Positions 35,800-44,063 of a stretch of 47,219 bases of DNA are shown in pieces (the stretch's first letter is position 1; every line of letters begins with the position of its first letter). Both the position numbers and the translations under genes were made by a program. The DNA is from an uncultured Dehalococcoidales bacterium (lineage in GTDB: Bacteria > Chloroflexota > Dehalococcoidia > Dehalococcoidales > UBA2162): contig CAZBAN010000008.1 in NCBI GenBank assembly GCA_964489895.1, positions 1 through 47,219 of the forward strand. Direction: 5' to 3'. The notes below the pieces were generated by a model. It was not told the DNA's origin. It saw only the letters and a list, made by a program, of their open reading frames with translations, and did no database searches.

Positions 35800-38700
35800 C
35801 TATATATCTCCCATTCTAAGCGTTTTGTGAATTGCCACCCTGGAGAAGAAAAGAATAACCAGTGAAATGGTGATAACAAACGCTACGGCAAGAATGGCAT
35901 AAGCCATGCCTATTGTACCCCAATTAACGGTAAGAATAAATGGCGGGAGTACCTGCTCTCCCTGCTCGGTAAGCTGGAGGAACGGCATCATAATATAGCT
36001 GAGTCTTTCGCCGATTATAGTACCAAGACCCATTCCGACAATTATGATAAACAGCTGTTCAAAACAGACCAGCCCCATAATCTGCCTGAGTGAAAAACCA
36101 AGCGTTCTCAGGATAGCAAAATCCAGTTGCCGACTCTGAGCCGAGAGGTAGGAATACACTATAAAGCCAAGACTGCTGACGAGTATCACGCCGAGGAAGG
36201 CTATGGTAAGCATTCCACCCCACCCGGCGGCAGCCAGAGGGTCAGTCTCCAGTCTCTCAAGCATATCATCTTTATAATAAAACTCCCTTGCGCCCAGTGT
36301 TCCGCCCTCGACTTCCTCAACTGCAGCCGCCCTTTTATCACCGTCGTCACTCAGAGTGAGCCATATCTCATTTGGATAAAACGGCGTGGTCAGCTGACGG
36401 TTTCTGACGCTCAACAAGCGGTCAAGGTCAACAATAAGGAAACCTCTATCATGCGGGTCAAGACTGGGAAAATAATCGATAACATCTGTAATCGTTACGT
36501 ACATATACTGTCCCGGCAGACGAATCTGAACCAGCGAGCCTACCTTAACCTTGGCATTATCAAGGAAAGTCTGGCTGACAATGGCAGCCACGGGTCTATC
36601 GTCCGGATTGATATAAATGCCACGCCTGCTGCCGCCGTATGTACTCCAGCCAAACCTTGCCGAAGTTCTACCACTGTAAACCTTTTCCGGTTCAATCCTG
36701 AAAGTACCAACTGAGGACTGACCGCCGGATAATGACCCGGATACTGCATCGGACGATACCCTCCACATACTCACATCTTCAAAGTCGTCAATTATCAACG
36801 ACTCCGACGAGAATGACCCCGTAACCTGGAGGTCATCGAAATAGAGAGCCTGCAACCTGCCGCCGAAACCGCCGCCTCCTTCACTCCTTAAGTGGATACA
36901 GCACAGATTCAGGGGAGGTGGTAGTGGTTCATCGGACATAAAGAGTGTAAGGTTCGCCGACATGTACTGCCAGGTCTCAGGAACAGGAGTGCCGAGTTTA
37001 AGGTCATAGTAGCGTCCCAGACCGTCTTTCACTCTGAGATATACTACCGTACCTATAGTATCCTCATCGGGGTAAACCCAGAGACCGATTGTTTCACTGC
37101 CTTCCGGCAGGTCCAGCCCCTGTGGAAGGGGCTTGTCTTCAGCCACCAGGTCCATAAGCTCCGGTAAAGTCTTTTCACCAAAGTCCTCCCGGTACCAGGC
37201 AATATCCCTCATCTCGTCAGGGTCTATTGCCAGGAGCACAAATTCCGTCTCGGTAAACATGGTGCCCACCCTGCCATTATTCCTGTACACCGCGGCGATA
37301 TTTTCTACTCCCTCGATCTCGCTGTACCGCTGCTCCTGAGAGTCCTTCGACCAGTACGGGTCGTTCAAATAGGCGAGGCGTACGTCTCCTCCGGCAGAGT
37401 ATAACGTCCGCTCATTATAACTGCGTTCCAGTGTACCCAGGAAAGTGGCTGAGAACATGCCCACACTGGCTGCCATTACCAGCAGGAGTATCAGACGGCT
37501 ATAATGGACTGGATTCCGCGCCATATACCATAAACCGAGGACCAGCGGAGCGTTTACGACATATTTACTCATTCTCGTTGCCAGTTTGATAAGGAGGGGA
37601 AAGAGGCGTAGAAACACTATGGCAACCGCGAGTAACAGAAGCATCGGCGTCATCAGCAGAAGCGGATCCATACCCAGCCCGCCGAACACATTCATGGTGA
37701 GGAGGGAGCCGCGCTCTTTCAGCTCCCAGTAGAGGACAGCTCCAAATATAAGCAAAACAATATCAAGATAGAAACGCTGCCAGACGGGCGCCGCCTGCGG
37801 ACGGGCGGCGTGCTGCCGCTGAAGCACTACCCCGCGTCTGGCTGCCTGAATGGCGGGTATAAGAAGAGCCAGGAGGCAGAGGACCGCCGCCGTTATTGCC
37901 AGTATCAGAACCGTCCCCGAGAACCGGATAGGCAGGAGTCCACCTTCAGTCAAGGACAGGAATGAACCGGTCTTGCCCAACATGCTGAAGGCAAATGCGC
38001 CCAGAAACGGTCCGGCAACGGCACCGACAGCGCTCAATACCAGACCTTCCATAAAATATATACCGATGATATGCCAGGTGCCGGCGCCCCGGCTCCTGAA
38101 AAGCGCAATCTCCCCCGCCTCACGGTCTATCAGCATGTTCGATACCGTTACCAGGTAGTAAAGGATGATAGCGGCAATCTGGAAAACTATAAGGAAGAGG
38201 GGAATCTGGGTAAACATCAGTTTCCCTTGATATTCACTGATAACGCTATCCAGAACGGTAAACATTCCGGAGCGGGGCAGGTTTACCAGAAGCTGTCGCT
38301 CCATACGCCGAACAGCAAGCCTGATGGTATCGGCATTGAGTGAATTTACCTTGTCCGTGTCTATGAAGTAAAACCAGTTGAACGTTGCTCTGCCGTCAGG
38401 GAACAACCTGGGTAAAATCCCGAAAAGGTCATCCTGACTGATAAATAAAGGAATTACCTTACCGTCATCCGGTGGAACAGTAAAAACTTCGGTATTCAAA
38501 AACCAGTATTCTTCTTTCGGGTCGATGGGGTCGATAATAGCCACGACATCAATCTTGATTTCATTTAAGCCCTCACCGTAACCGCCCATGAAAATCAAAC
38601 TGTCGCCGACCTCGATATCGTACATTTCTGCCGTTTCACTACCGACCATCCCCTCGATGGAAAATCCGGGGTCTTCAATCTCTTCCTGTGTAAGGTCATA

Positions 38701-39156
38701 AGGAGCGGGTTGATATAATCGCCCGTCTATTATGTTTATATGCTCTTCCAGATTGCTGAAAACGTGGAAATGGCCTCTCGGCTGGTCAGTTTCCCCGGGC
38801 GTAGGGCGGTCGGTGTAATAGGCGCTGAATGTCTGGCTCTTTATCCACGTTTCTTCCTGCCTGACGACAGTCCTGATGTTTCTCGAAACCTGCTGGGCTA
38901 TGAGTCCCGTTGCGGTTCCATACTCTTCATAGTTGATGAAGTAGTTGGGAGCATAGACCTGAAGGTCCAGGAGCTCTATCTGCTGGTTGTTCAGGGTGTG
39001 TTTCAACCCTAGATCATTAATTGCATTGGAATATAGAGGGGCGCTGGAAAGAAGAGCGACAGCGATGATAACACCAACCAGGACAGTCGAAAGCAGACGC
39101 CAGTTACTCAGGCTTCTTTTTATAACGATTTGCCAAGCAGAGAGAAGGAGGGACAT
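35800..39156 (-). CDS. Fused double FtsX-domain ABC transporter permease with two large extracytoplasmic domains
   Basis: The 1118-aa protein starts with N-terminal TM1 (aa ~21-40) and ECD1 (~41-315), followed by three TMs including the FtsX-type ALFRSRGAG motif. Linker TMs (~463-575) and ECD2 (~576-978) follow. The last three TMs include the second FtsX motif FAILRTLGFS. Confidence 0.85.
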   Translation of the reverse strand: MSLLLSAWQIVIKRSLSNWRLLSTVLVGVIIAVALLSSAPLYSNAINDLGLKHTLNNQQIELLDLQVYAPNYFINYEEYGTATGLIAQQVSRNIRTVVRQEETWIKSQTFSAYYTDRPTPGETDQPRGHFHVFSNLEEHINIIDGRLYQPAPYDLTQEEIEDPGFSIEGMVGSETAEMYDIEVGDSLIFMGGYGEGLNEIKIDVVAIIDPIDPKEEYWFLNTEVFTVPPDDGKVIPLFISQDDLFGILPRLFPDGRATFNWFYFIDTDKVNSLNADTIRLAVRRMERQLLVNLPRSGMFTVLDSVISEYQGKLMFTQIPLFLIVFQIAAIILYYLVTVSNMLIDREAGEIALFRSRGAGTWHIIGIYFMEGLVLSAVGAVAGPFLGAFAFSMLGKTGSFLSLTEGGLLPIRFSGTVLILAITAAVLCLLALLIPAIQAARRGVVLQRQHAARPQAAPVWQRFYLDIVLLIFGAVLYWELKERGSLLTMNVFGGLGMDPLLLMTPMLLLLAVAIVFLRLFPLLIKLATRMSKYVVNAPLVLGLWYMARNPVHYSRLILLLVMAASVGMFSATFLGTLERSYNERTLYSAGGDVRLAYLNDPYWSKDSQEQRYSEIEGVENIAAVYRNNGRVGTMFTETEFVLLAIDPDEMRDIAWYREDFGEKTLPELMDLVAEDKPLPQGLDLPEGSETIGLWVYPDEDTIGTVVYLRVKDGLGRYYDLKLGTPVPETWQYMSANLTLFMSDEPLPPPLNLCCIHLRSEGGGGFGGRLQALYFDDLQVTGSFSSESLIIDDFEDVSMWRVSSDAVSGSLSGGQSSVGTFRIEPEKVYSGRTSARFGWSTYGGSRRGIYINPDDRPVAAIVSQTFLDNAKVKVGSLVQIRLPGQYMYVTITDVIDYFPSLDPHDRGFLIVDLDRLLSVRNRQLTTPFYPNEIWLTLSDDGDKRAAAVEEVEGGTLGAREFYYKDDMLERLETDPLAAAGWGGMLTIAFLGVILVSSLGFIVYSYLSAQSRQLDFAILRTLGFSLRQIMGLVCFEQLFIIIVGMGLGTIIGERLSYIMMPFLQLTEQGEQVLPPFILTVNWGTIGMAYAILAVAFVITISLVILFFSRVAIHKTLRMGDI

Positions 39157-39348
39157 ATCGTGCTAACTATAGCAGATTAAAAAATAGAAAACAAGGACTT
39201 AATAAGAACCTAACATTTAATATCCAAGACCAGTAACCACCCGAAAATCAAAGGGGGTCACCACCTGTTTTTACTTTCTCTCGTAATAAAATTCCAAAGC
39301 TCATTACAGCGTGATACAATTGAGTAAAACGTTAAGTAAGCTATCACT

Positions 39349-40605
39349 TTGAATATTGAGCTTCCATACGGCGATTCTTTCATAAATGCCCGAATTCCAA
39401 CGGATAACGTTTCTTTTATTCTTGAGAAACGCAAGCTGGACGGCATCGGAAACGAAGCGGAAGCCATAACCAGCAGTCTCAGGTCTCCGACAGGTTGTCC
39501 GTCCCTCAGCGAGCTTATCAGTAAGAATGACAGGGTTGTTGTCCTGGTTACCGATAACACCCGCGCCTGCCCGGATGACAGGCTCCTTCCCCCGATACTG
39601 GCCGAACTGGAAAAGAAGACCCCCGCCGATAACATCACCATAATAGTAGCGCTGGGAATGCATCCTCCTCTGGACAGAGAGACCATGAACAGAAAATACG
39701 GTAAAAACATCATGGATAACTACCGGGTGATAAACCATGATGTTAACGATTGCGTATACATCGGCACAACCTCCAGGGGAACGCCGATAGAAATAAACCG
39801 TCAGGTAATAGAGGCGGATTTCCGCATCAGTACCGGTCTTATCGAGCCGCACTTTTTTGCCGGGTTCTCCGGCGGGAGAAAGAGTATAGCTCCAGGCGTA
39901 TTCAGCTTCCGTTCAGCATACAAAAACCACGGCTATGAAATGATATCCCATCCGCTCGCCAGAACCGGCAACCTCAAGGGAAACCCCGTACACGAAGATA
40001 TGATCGAACAGGCGAAAGTAGCCGGGCTGGACTTCATCGTAAACGTACTGCTTAACAGGAAAGGTGAGATTACCCATGTGTTCGCCGGTGATTTCATCCA
40101 GGCTCATGAAAAGGGGTGCGAGATTGAGAGAGAAATTGCCGGCGTTAAAATTGAGCATAAGGTGGATATCACGATCACCACAAACAACGGGGCACCTCTG
40201 GACCTTGACCTTTATCAGGCCTGTAAAGGGATGGAAACCGCCTCACGGGTAACAAGGGACGGCGGAATCATAATAGCCTGCTCTTCGTGTAATGCCGGGG
40301 CTGGACCGGAGGAGTTCCTGGAGATGCACAGGTCCGCCAGGTCCGCCGATGAAGTGCTGAGAAAAACCCGTGACGGAGAGCCGACCGGCGTTCAATGGCA
40401 GAACCAGATACTGGCACAAATTCAACAGCGAGATGAAATCTATCTTGTATCGGAGCTTGAAGACGGTATCGCCCGCGATATGATGATGGTGCCGTTCCGT
40501 ACCATCGAAGAAGCCCTGGAGCAGGCTTTTCAGGTACTGGGGAGAGACTCCAGTATAGCAGTCATTCCCGAAGGACCGATGGTGCTGCCTATCCTGGACG
40601 AGTAA
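39349..40605 (+). CDS. larA: LarA-family nickel-pincer-cofactor-dependent 2-hydroxyacid racemase/epimerase (DUF2088)
   Basis: Colinear with my recollection of L. plantarum LarA: VTDNTRACP (SDHTRP), ALGMHPP (catalytic His, H105 by my count), EPHFFAGFSGGRKS (H168 and the cofactor-tethering K178) and KNHG (H194). It has a TTG start and substrate specificity is unknown. Confidence 0.85.
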   Translation: MNIELPYGDSFINARIPTDNVSFILEKRKLDGIGNEAEAITSSLRSPTGCPSLSELISKNDRVVVLVTDNTRACPDDRLLPPILAELEKKTPADNITIIVALGMHPPLDRETMNRKYGKNIMDNYRVINHDVNDCVYIGTTSRGTPIEINRQVIEADFRISTGLIEPHFFAGFSGGRKSIAPGVFSFRSAYKNHGYEMISHPLARTGNLKGNPVHEDMIEQAKVAGLDFIVNVLLNRKGEITHVFAGDFIQAHEKGCEIEREIAGVKIEHKVDITITTNNGAPLDLDLYQACKGMETASRVTRDGGIIIACSSCNAGAGPEEFLEMHRSARSADEVLRKTRDGEPTGVQWQNQILAQIQQRDEIYLVSELEDGIARDMMMVPFRTIEEALEQAFQVLGRDSSIAVIPEGPMVLPILDE

Positions 40606-40637
40606 AACGGAACATCAAATATTACCTCATAGTCTAT

Positions 40638-40666
40638 TTGCACACCTCATTATTCTATTATACAAT
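40638..40666 (+). promoter_or_regulatory. Putative sigma70-type promoter for the 40759 SDR gene
   Basis: TTGCAC (40638-40643), 17-nt spacer, TACAAT (40661-40666). Confidence 0.4.
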
Positions 40667-40758
40667 TACCAGTTACGGAGGCAGACCAGCCAAAACACGA
40701 AGCCCGTGAATAGAACCAGGAATATTATGCTGTTTCAATATCTTCAAAGGAGGAGAAT

Positions 40759-41736
40759 ATGAACGTACTGGTAATAGGAGGAAGCGGTCTTTTCGGACGC
40801 AAGACGATAGCCCACCTGCTGGCGGATAAAGAGGTATCCAGTGTCACCTCGATGGACCTGGCTCCCCCGCAGGAATGGTTCATGAAGACCATAGATAAGT
40901 ACAAGGACAGGTTCAACTTCGTCAGGGGGAATGTCTCGCAGCTCGAAGATATCCTGAACGCGATGAAGTCATACTCCGTGGACAGAGTGGTGAACTGGGC
41001 TTTTGTAATGGGTTCGGAGGTATTTACCGACCCCCGCCTGAGCACAAAGGTCAACGCCCTCGGAATGTGCAATGCCTTCGAGGCAGCCAAGCTGATGGGT
41101 GCCAACCGGGTTGTCTATGCAAGCTCCGAGACGGTGTACGGACCGCAGGAAATGTACGGAGATAGAGACGTGGTGGAGGACGATTTGCTGGTGCCCAGCC
41201 ACTCTTACGCGGTGTGCAAACGTTTCGCGGAGATACTGGCAGACCAGTATTCGGAGCAATACGGTATGAACTTCACCGGGGTACGCCCTACTATCGGCTA
41301 CGGACACGGCGGACGGTCGCCGGCACAGTACTGGTCGGACATGCCGTCAGCGGCAGCGGTAGGCAAACCGTATAAATTTGAGTATAAGATGCAGGGGCTG
41401 ACATCGCTGGTCGCCGCCGACGACCTCGGCGAGCTCACTAAAATCCTCATTAAAGCCACTTCTTCTCCCCACCCGGTCTACAATGTCGGTGGACCGCCAA
41501 CCAGCGTCCAGGATGTAGTCGACATGGTGAAGAAGTTCATTCCTGACGCCGATATAGAAATGGGCACCAAAGAGCCGCCGTTCTTCGGCAGGGGCGGCGG
41601 AGGTCTGCCCTGGAAAGTCAGCATGGCCAGAGCAATAGAGGACTTCGGTTTCTCCTGTATGCCGCTGGAGGAAGCGATTAAGATTCACCTAAACGACGCC
41701 AGGCTTGAAGCCGGAATGGAACCGTTGAAGTTTTAA
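40759..41736 (+). CDS. NAD-dependent epimerase/dehydratase family protein (extended SDR)
   Basis: The Rossmann motif is VIGGSGLFG and the catalytic motif is SHSYAVCK (YxxxK). AGGAGG lies 7 nt upstream of the ATG. Confidence 0.85.
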   Translation: MNVLVIGGSGLFGRKTIAHLLADKEVSSVTSMDLAPPQEWFMKTIDKYKDRFNFVRGNVSQLEDILNAMKSYSVDRVVNWAFVMGSEVFTDPRLSTKVNALGMCNAFEAAKLMGANRVVYASSETVYGPQEMYGDRDVVEDDLLVPSHSYAVCKRFAEILADQYSEQYGMNFTGVRPTIGYGHGGRSPAQYWSDMPSAAAVGKPYKFEYKMQGLTSLVAADDLGELTKILIKATSSPHPVYNVGGPPTSVQDVVDMVKKFIPDADIEMGTKEPPFFGRGGGGLPWKVSMARAIEDFGFSCMPLEEAIKIHLNDARLEAGMEPLKF

Positions 41737-41753
41737 GCATATTCAAACTCGCT

Positions 41754-41834
41754 GTCACCCTGAGTCCCGTATTATCGGGACGAAGGGTCTCAAACGATGA
41801 GATTCTTCAGTCGCTTAGCTCTTGCAGAATGACA
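41754..41834 (+). repeat. Palindromic intergenic element of the GTCAYYCTG...CAGAATGAC type
   Basis: The sequence is gtcaccctgag, then gtcccg-tattat-cgggac (6-bp stem), then gaagggtctc, ending in gcagaatgaca. It shares the sub-motifs caccctga, cgggac, gaagggtc and gaatgaca with the 10662-10813 element. Confidence 0.4.
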
Positions 41835-41871
41835 TGTTGGAGTACTTCTAGGATTAAGCACCACAAATAAG

Positions 41872-41903
41872 AAAGACCCCTTGCCTGAGAGCAAGGGGTC
41901 TTT
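41872..41903. terminator. Bidirectional intrinsic terminator between SDR gene and transketolase operon
   Basis: Perfect 13-bp stem aaagaccccttgc (41872-41884) with gcaaggggtcttt (41891-41903) and loop ctgaga. T-rich tracts follow on both strands. Confidence 0.75.
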
Positions 41904-41932
41904 GTTTGGAAGTATTTGGTTTCACTGATATG

Positions 41933-42907
41933 CTATTTCTTCTTGGCGATAGCTTCTTTAACCGACACCGCCAGGTCTTCCGGGGTGAAGGCGAAGTGTT
42001 CGGCAAGGTCGTCCCTGTCGGGAAGCGTCCTGGCTGACTGGCTGAATTCATCTTCAACGCCAAACTGGACAATCGGACAGGGAGCGTTCTCGCACAGTAC
42101 CGCGGCGACGCCCTCACTGAGACCGCCGATGGTAATACCATTCTCAGCGGTTACGATAGCGCCGGTCTCCACCGAAGCTTTGATTATGGCTTCTTCGTCG
42201 AGGGGTTTGATGGTGCACATATCGAGAATGCCAACATCAAGACCCTCTTTTTCCAGGATTTCTTCGGCTCTGACAGCCGTACCCACCATGAGACCGGTGG
42301 CAATTATGGTCGCGTCCTTTCCGTCTTTGATGAAGTATGCCCTGCCAAGCTGGAAGGGGTAGTCTTCGGTATATATCCTGGGAGGGACCGGACCTGCTTC
42401 CTGGCGGAAAAATACCGGACCGACGTATTCAGTCATGGCGATAAAGGCTTTCTTAGCCTCGGTAGCGTCCGCCGGCGAGATAATTACCAGGTTTGGCAGA
42501 CACCGGGTAAAGCCGAGGGTTTCTACATAGTTATGAGAGATACCGGTATCACCCCAGGCTCCTCCGCGTCCTAAAATTTTTACGTTGAAGCGGTCTACCA
42601 GTATGCTCTGCCGGATTTGATTGTAGGCACGACCGAAAACGGCGAAATCGAAGCTGCTGATAAAGGGAATGAAACCTTCCGCCGCCAGACCCCCAGCCAT
42701 AACAGCAGCGCTTGCCTCGGCAACGCCGCATTCGATGACCCTGTTCGGAGCGTTCTCCGAGAACCACTTGAGTCCGGTCCCGCCCATATCCTCAAGGACC
42801 AGAATGATATTTTCGTGTTTCTGAGCCAACTCTATCATGGCGTCTTCGACTTCCGCCATCGGCATCTCAGGCTCGCCTATCTGAACATACCTATTATACT
42901 TAGCCAT
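41933..42907 (-). CDS. Transketolase, C-terminal subunit (pyrimidine-binding plus C-terminal domains)
   Basis: IECGVAEASAAVMAGGLAAEGFIPF and the rest match split-transketolase B subunits. I use ATG at 42907 (GGGAGGAAAA upstream, 8-nt overlap with the A-subunit stop) rather than the track's 42928. Confidence 0.9.
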   Translation of the reverse strand: MAKYNRYVQIGEPEMPMAEVEDAMIELAQKHENIILVLEDMGGTGLKWFSENAPNRVIECGVAEASAAVMAGGLAAEGFIPFISSFDFAVFGRAYNQIRQSILVDRFNVKILGRGGAWGDTGISHNYVETLGFTRCLPNLVIISPADATEAKKAFIAMTEYVGPVFFRQEAGPVPPRIYTEDYPFQLGRAYFIKDGKDATIIATGLMVGTAVRAEEILEKEGLDVGILDMCTIKPLDEEAIIKASVETGAIVTAENGITIGGLSEGVAAVLCENAPCPIVQFGVEDEFSQSARTLPDRDDLAEHFAFTPEDLAVSVKEAIAKKK

Positions 42908-43796
42908 AGATTTTCCTCCCTTCCGCAACGCCCACTTCGACGCCTACTCCTCTGGCGAGGTGAACATGGGTATCTTCCCAGGATGGGATTCCGTGACCCT
43001 TAATGGTATGAGCGATGATACATTTTGGCTTGCCGTCGCCATATAGATTATTGGCTAATTCCAGTGTGTCTACAATCTCACGCATATTATGGCCGTCAAT
43101 TTCCTTGACCCACCAGCCGAATGAGCGCCATTTCTCATCGAAAGGTGCCAGCGGCATAATTTCATCCGACGGTCCGTCCAGGCTGAATTTGTTGTAATCG
43201 ATGATGGCAATCAGATTATCAAGCCTGTATTTATTGGCGAACATGGCGGCTTCCCAGACCTGCCCTTCATTACATTCGCCGTCACCGAGGATGCAGAAAC
43301 ACCGGTAAGTCGGGTTATATATCGTCTTGAACCGGGGCAGGAACTGAGGTATGCTCGACTCCGGAGGATTTAGCGCTGTCTTGATTTTCTCAGCCATTGC
43401 CATGCCGGCGGCAAAGGAAAGCCCCTGTCCCAGAGAACCGCCAGAGTAATCGATACCCGGGGTTGCCCATCGGTCGGCATGACCCTGGAAGGGTTCCTTG
43501 TAACCGTTGTAACCCTTGAGAGCCTCGCGAGGCACGTAACCGAGCTCGGGGAGAACGGAATATATAGCCTCACAGCAATGAGCCTTTGACAGAACTACCC
43601 TGTCCCTCTCCGGCCAGTCGTAGTCGGTCGGGTGTAATTTAAGGTGATGGAAATAGAGGACAATGATGATATCCAGCATCGACATCGAACCGCCGGTGTG
43701 CCCGGAAAGACTGCCGTCCAGGAGTTCAAACATGTTGTGGAGCACCTTAATATACTTTTCTTTAAGTTCCTGGATTAACTTTTCATCTGCTGCCAT
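42900..43796 (-). CDS. Transketolase, N-terminal subunit (thiamine diphosphate-binding domain)
   Basis: The TPP-binding motifs GHTGGSMS, GSLGQGLSFAAGMA and ILGDGECNEGQVWEAAMFA (GDG-x-NEG) are present. I prefer ATG at 43796 (MAADEKLIQELKEK...) over 43862 because the latter would overlap the upstream Zn-ribbon ORF by 88 nt. Confidence 0.9.
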   Translation of the reverse strand: MAADEKLIQELKEKYIKVLHNMFELLDGSLSGHTGGSMSMLDIIIVLYFHHLKLHPTDYDWPERDRVVLSKAHCCEAIYSVLPELGYVPREALKGYNGYKEPFQGHADRWATPGIDYSGGSLGQGLSFAAGMAMAEKIKTALNPPESSIPQFLPRFKTIYNPTYRCFCILGDGECNEGQVWEAAMFANKYRLDNLIAIIDYNKFSLDGPSDEIMPLAPFDEKWRSFGWWVKEIDGHNMREIVDTLELANNLYGDGKPKCIIAHTIKGHGIPSWEDTHVHLARGVGVEVGVAEGRKIYG

Positions 43797-43987
43797 GTCT
43801 TCCGTCCTTTCTTCGTGATTTTCACCGAATCCAGCGTTATTTTGCTGCCGCACTGCGGACATGTGTTATTATAGAAACCCAGGACCGTCTCTTCGGAAGG
43901 GATGGCTCTCATGTAGAGACGCCTGTCTATCTCTTCACCGTAGTACAGCAACATATCACAATTGCCGCAACGAATCTGCTCAGTCAT
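43775..43987 (-). CDS. Small zinc-ribbon protein (70 aa)
   Basis: A strong RBS GGGAGGT lies 7 nt upstream of the ATG at 43987. There are two CxxC pairs (CGNC near the N-terminus, CPQC near residue 53). It sits between the ADH and transketolase genes on the same strand. Confidence 0.65.
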   Translation of the reverse strand: MTEQIRCGNCDMLLYYGEEIDRRLYMRAIPSEETVLGFYNNTCPQCGSKITLDSVKITKKGRKTWQQMKS

Positions 43988-44063
43988 TAAATACCTCCCT
44001 TTCTTTTAAATAATCAGACAAACAGGCTGCAACGACTATATCAGTTTACACCGAGAGTTTGAT

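Noticed and set aside
1728-39156. Near-identical lengths (1117 and 1118 aa) of the two giant envelope proteins, considered as paralogs or a duplication.
   Set aside because: The sequences are unrelated. One is a soluble-domain propeller protein with terminal anchors, the other a 10-plus-TM FtsX permease. The length match is coincidence.
39258-39852. Minus-strand ORFs 39258-39713 and 39304-39852 overlapping the 5' part of the LarA gene.
   Set aside because: LarA-family motifs on the + strand are unambiguous. The minus-strand products have no motifs and overlap each other in different frames.
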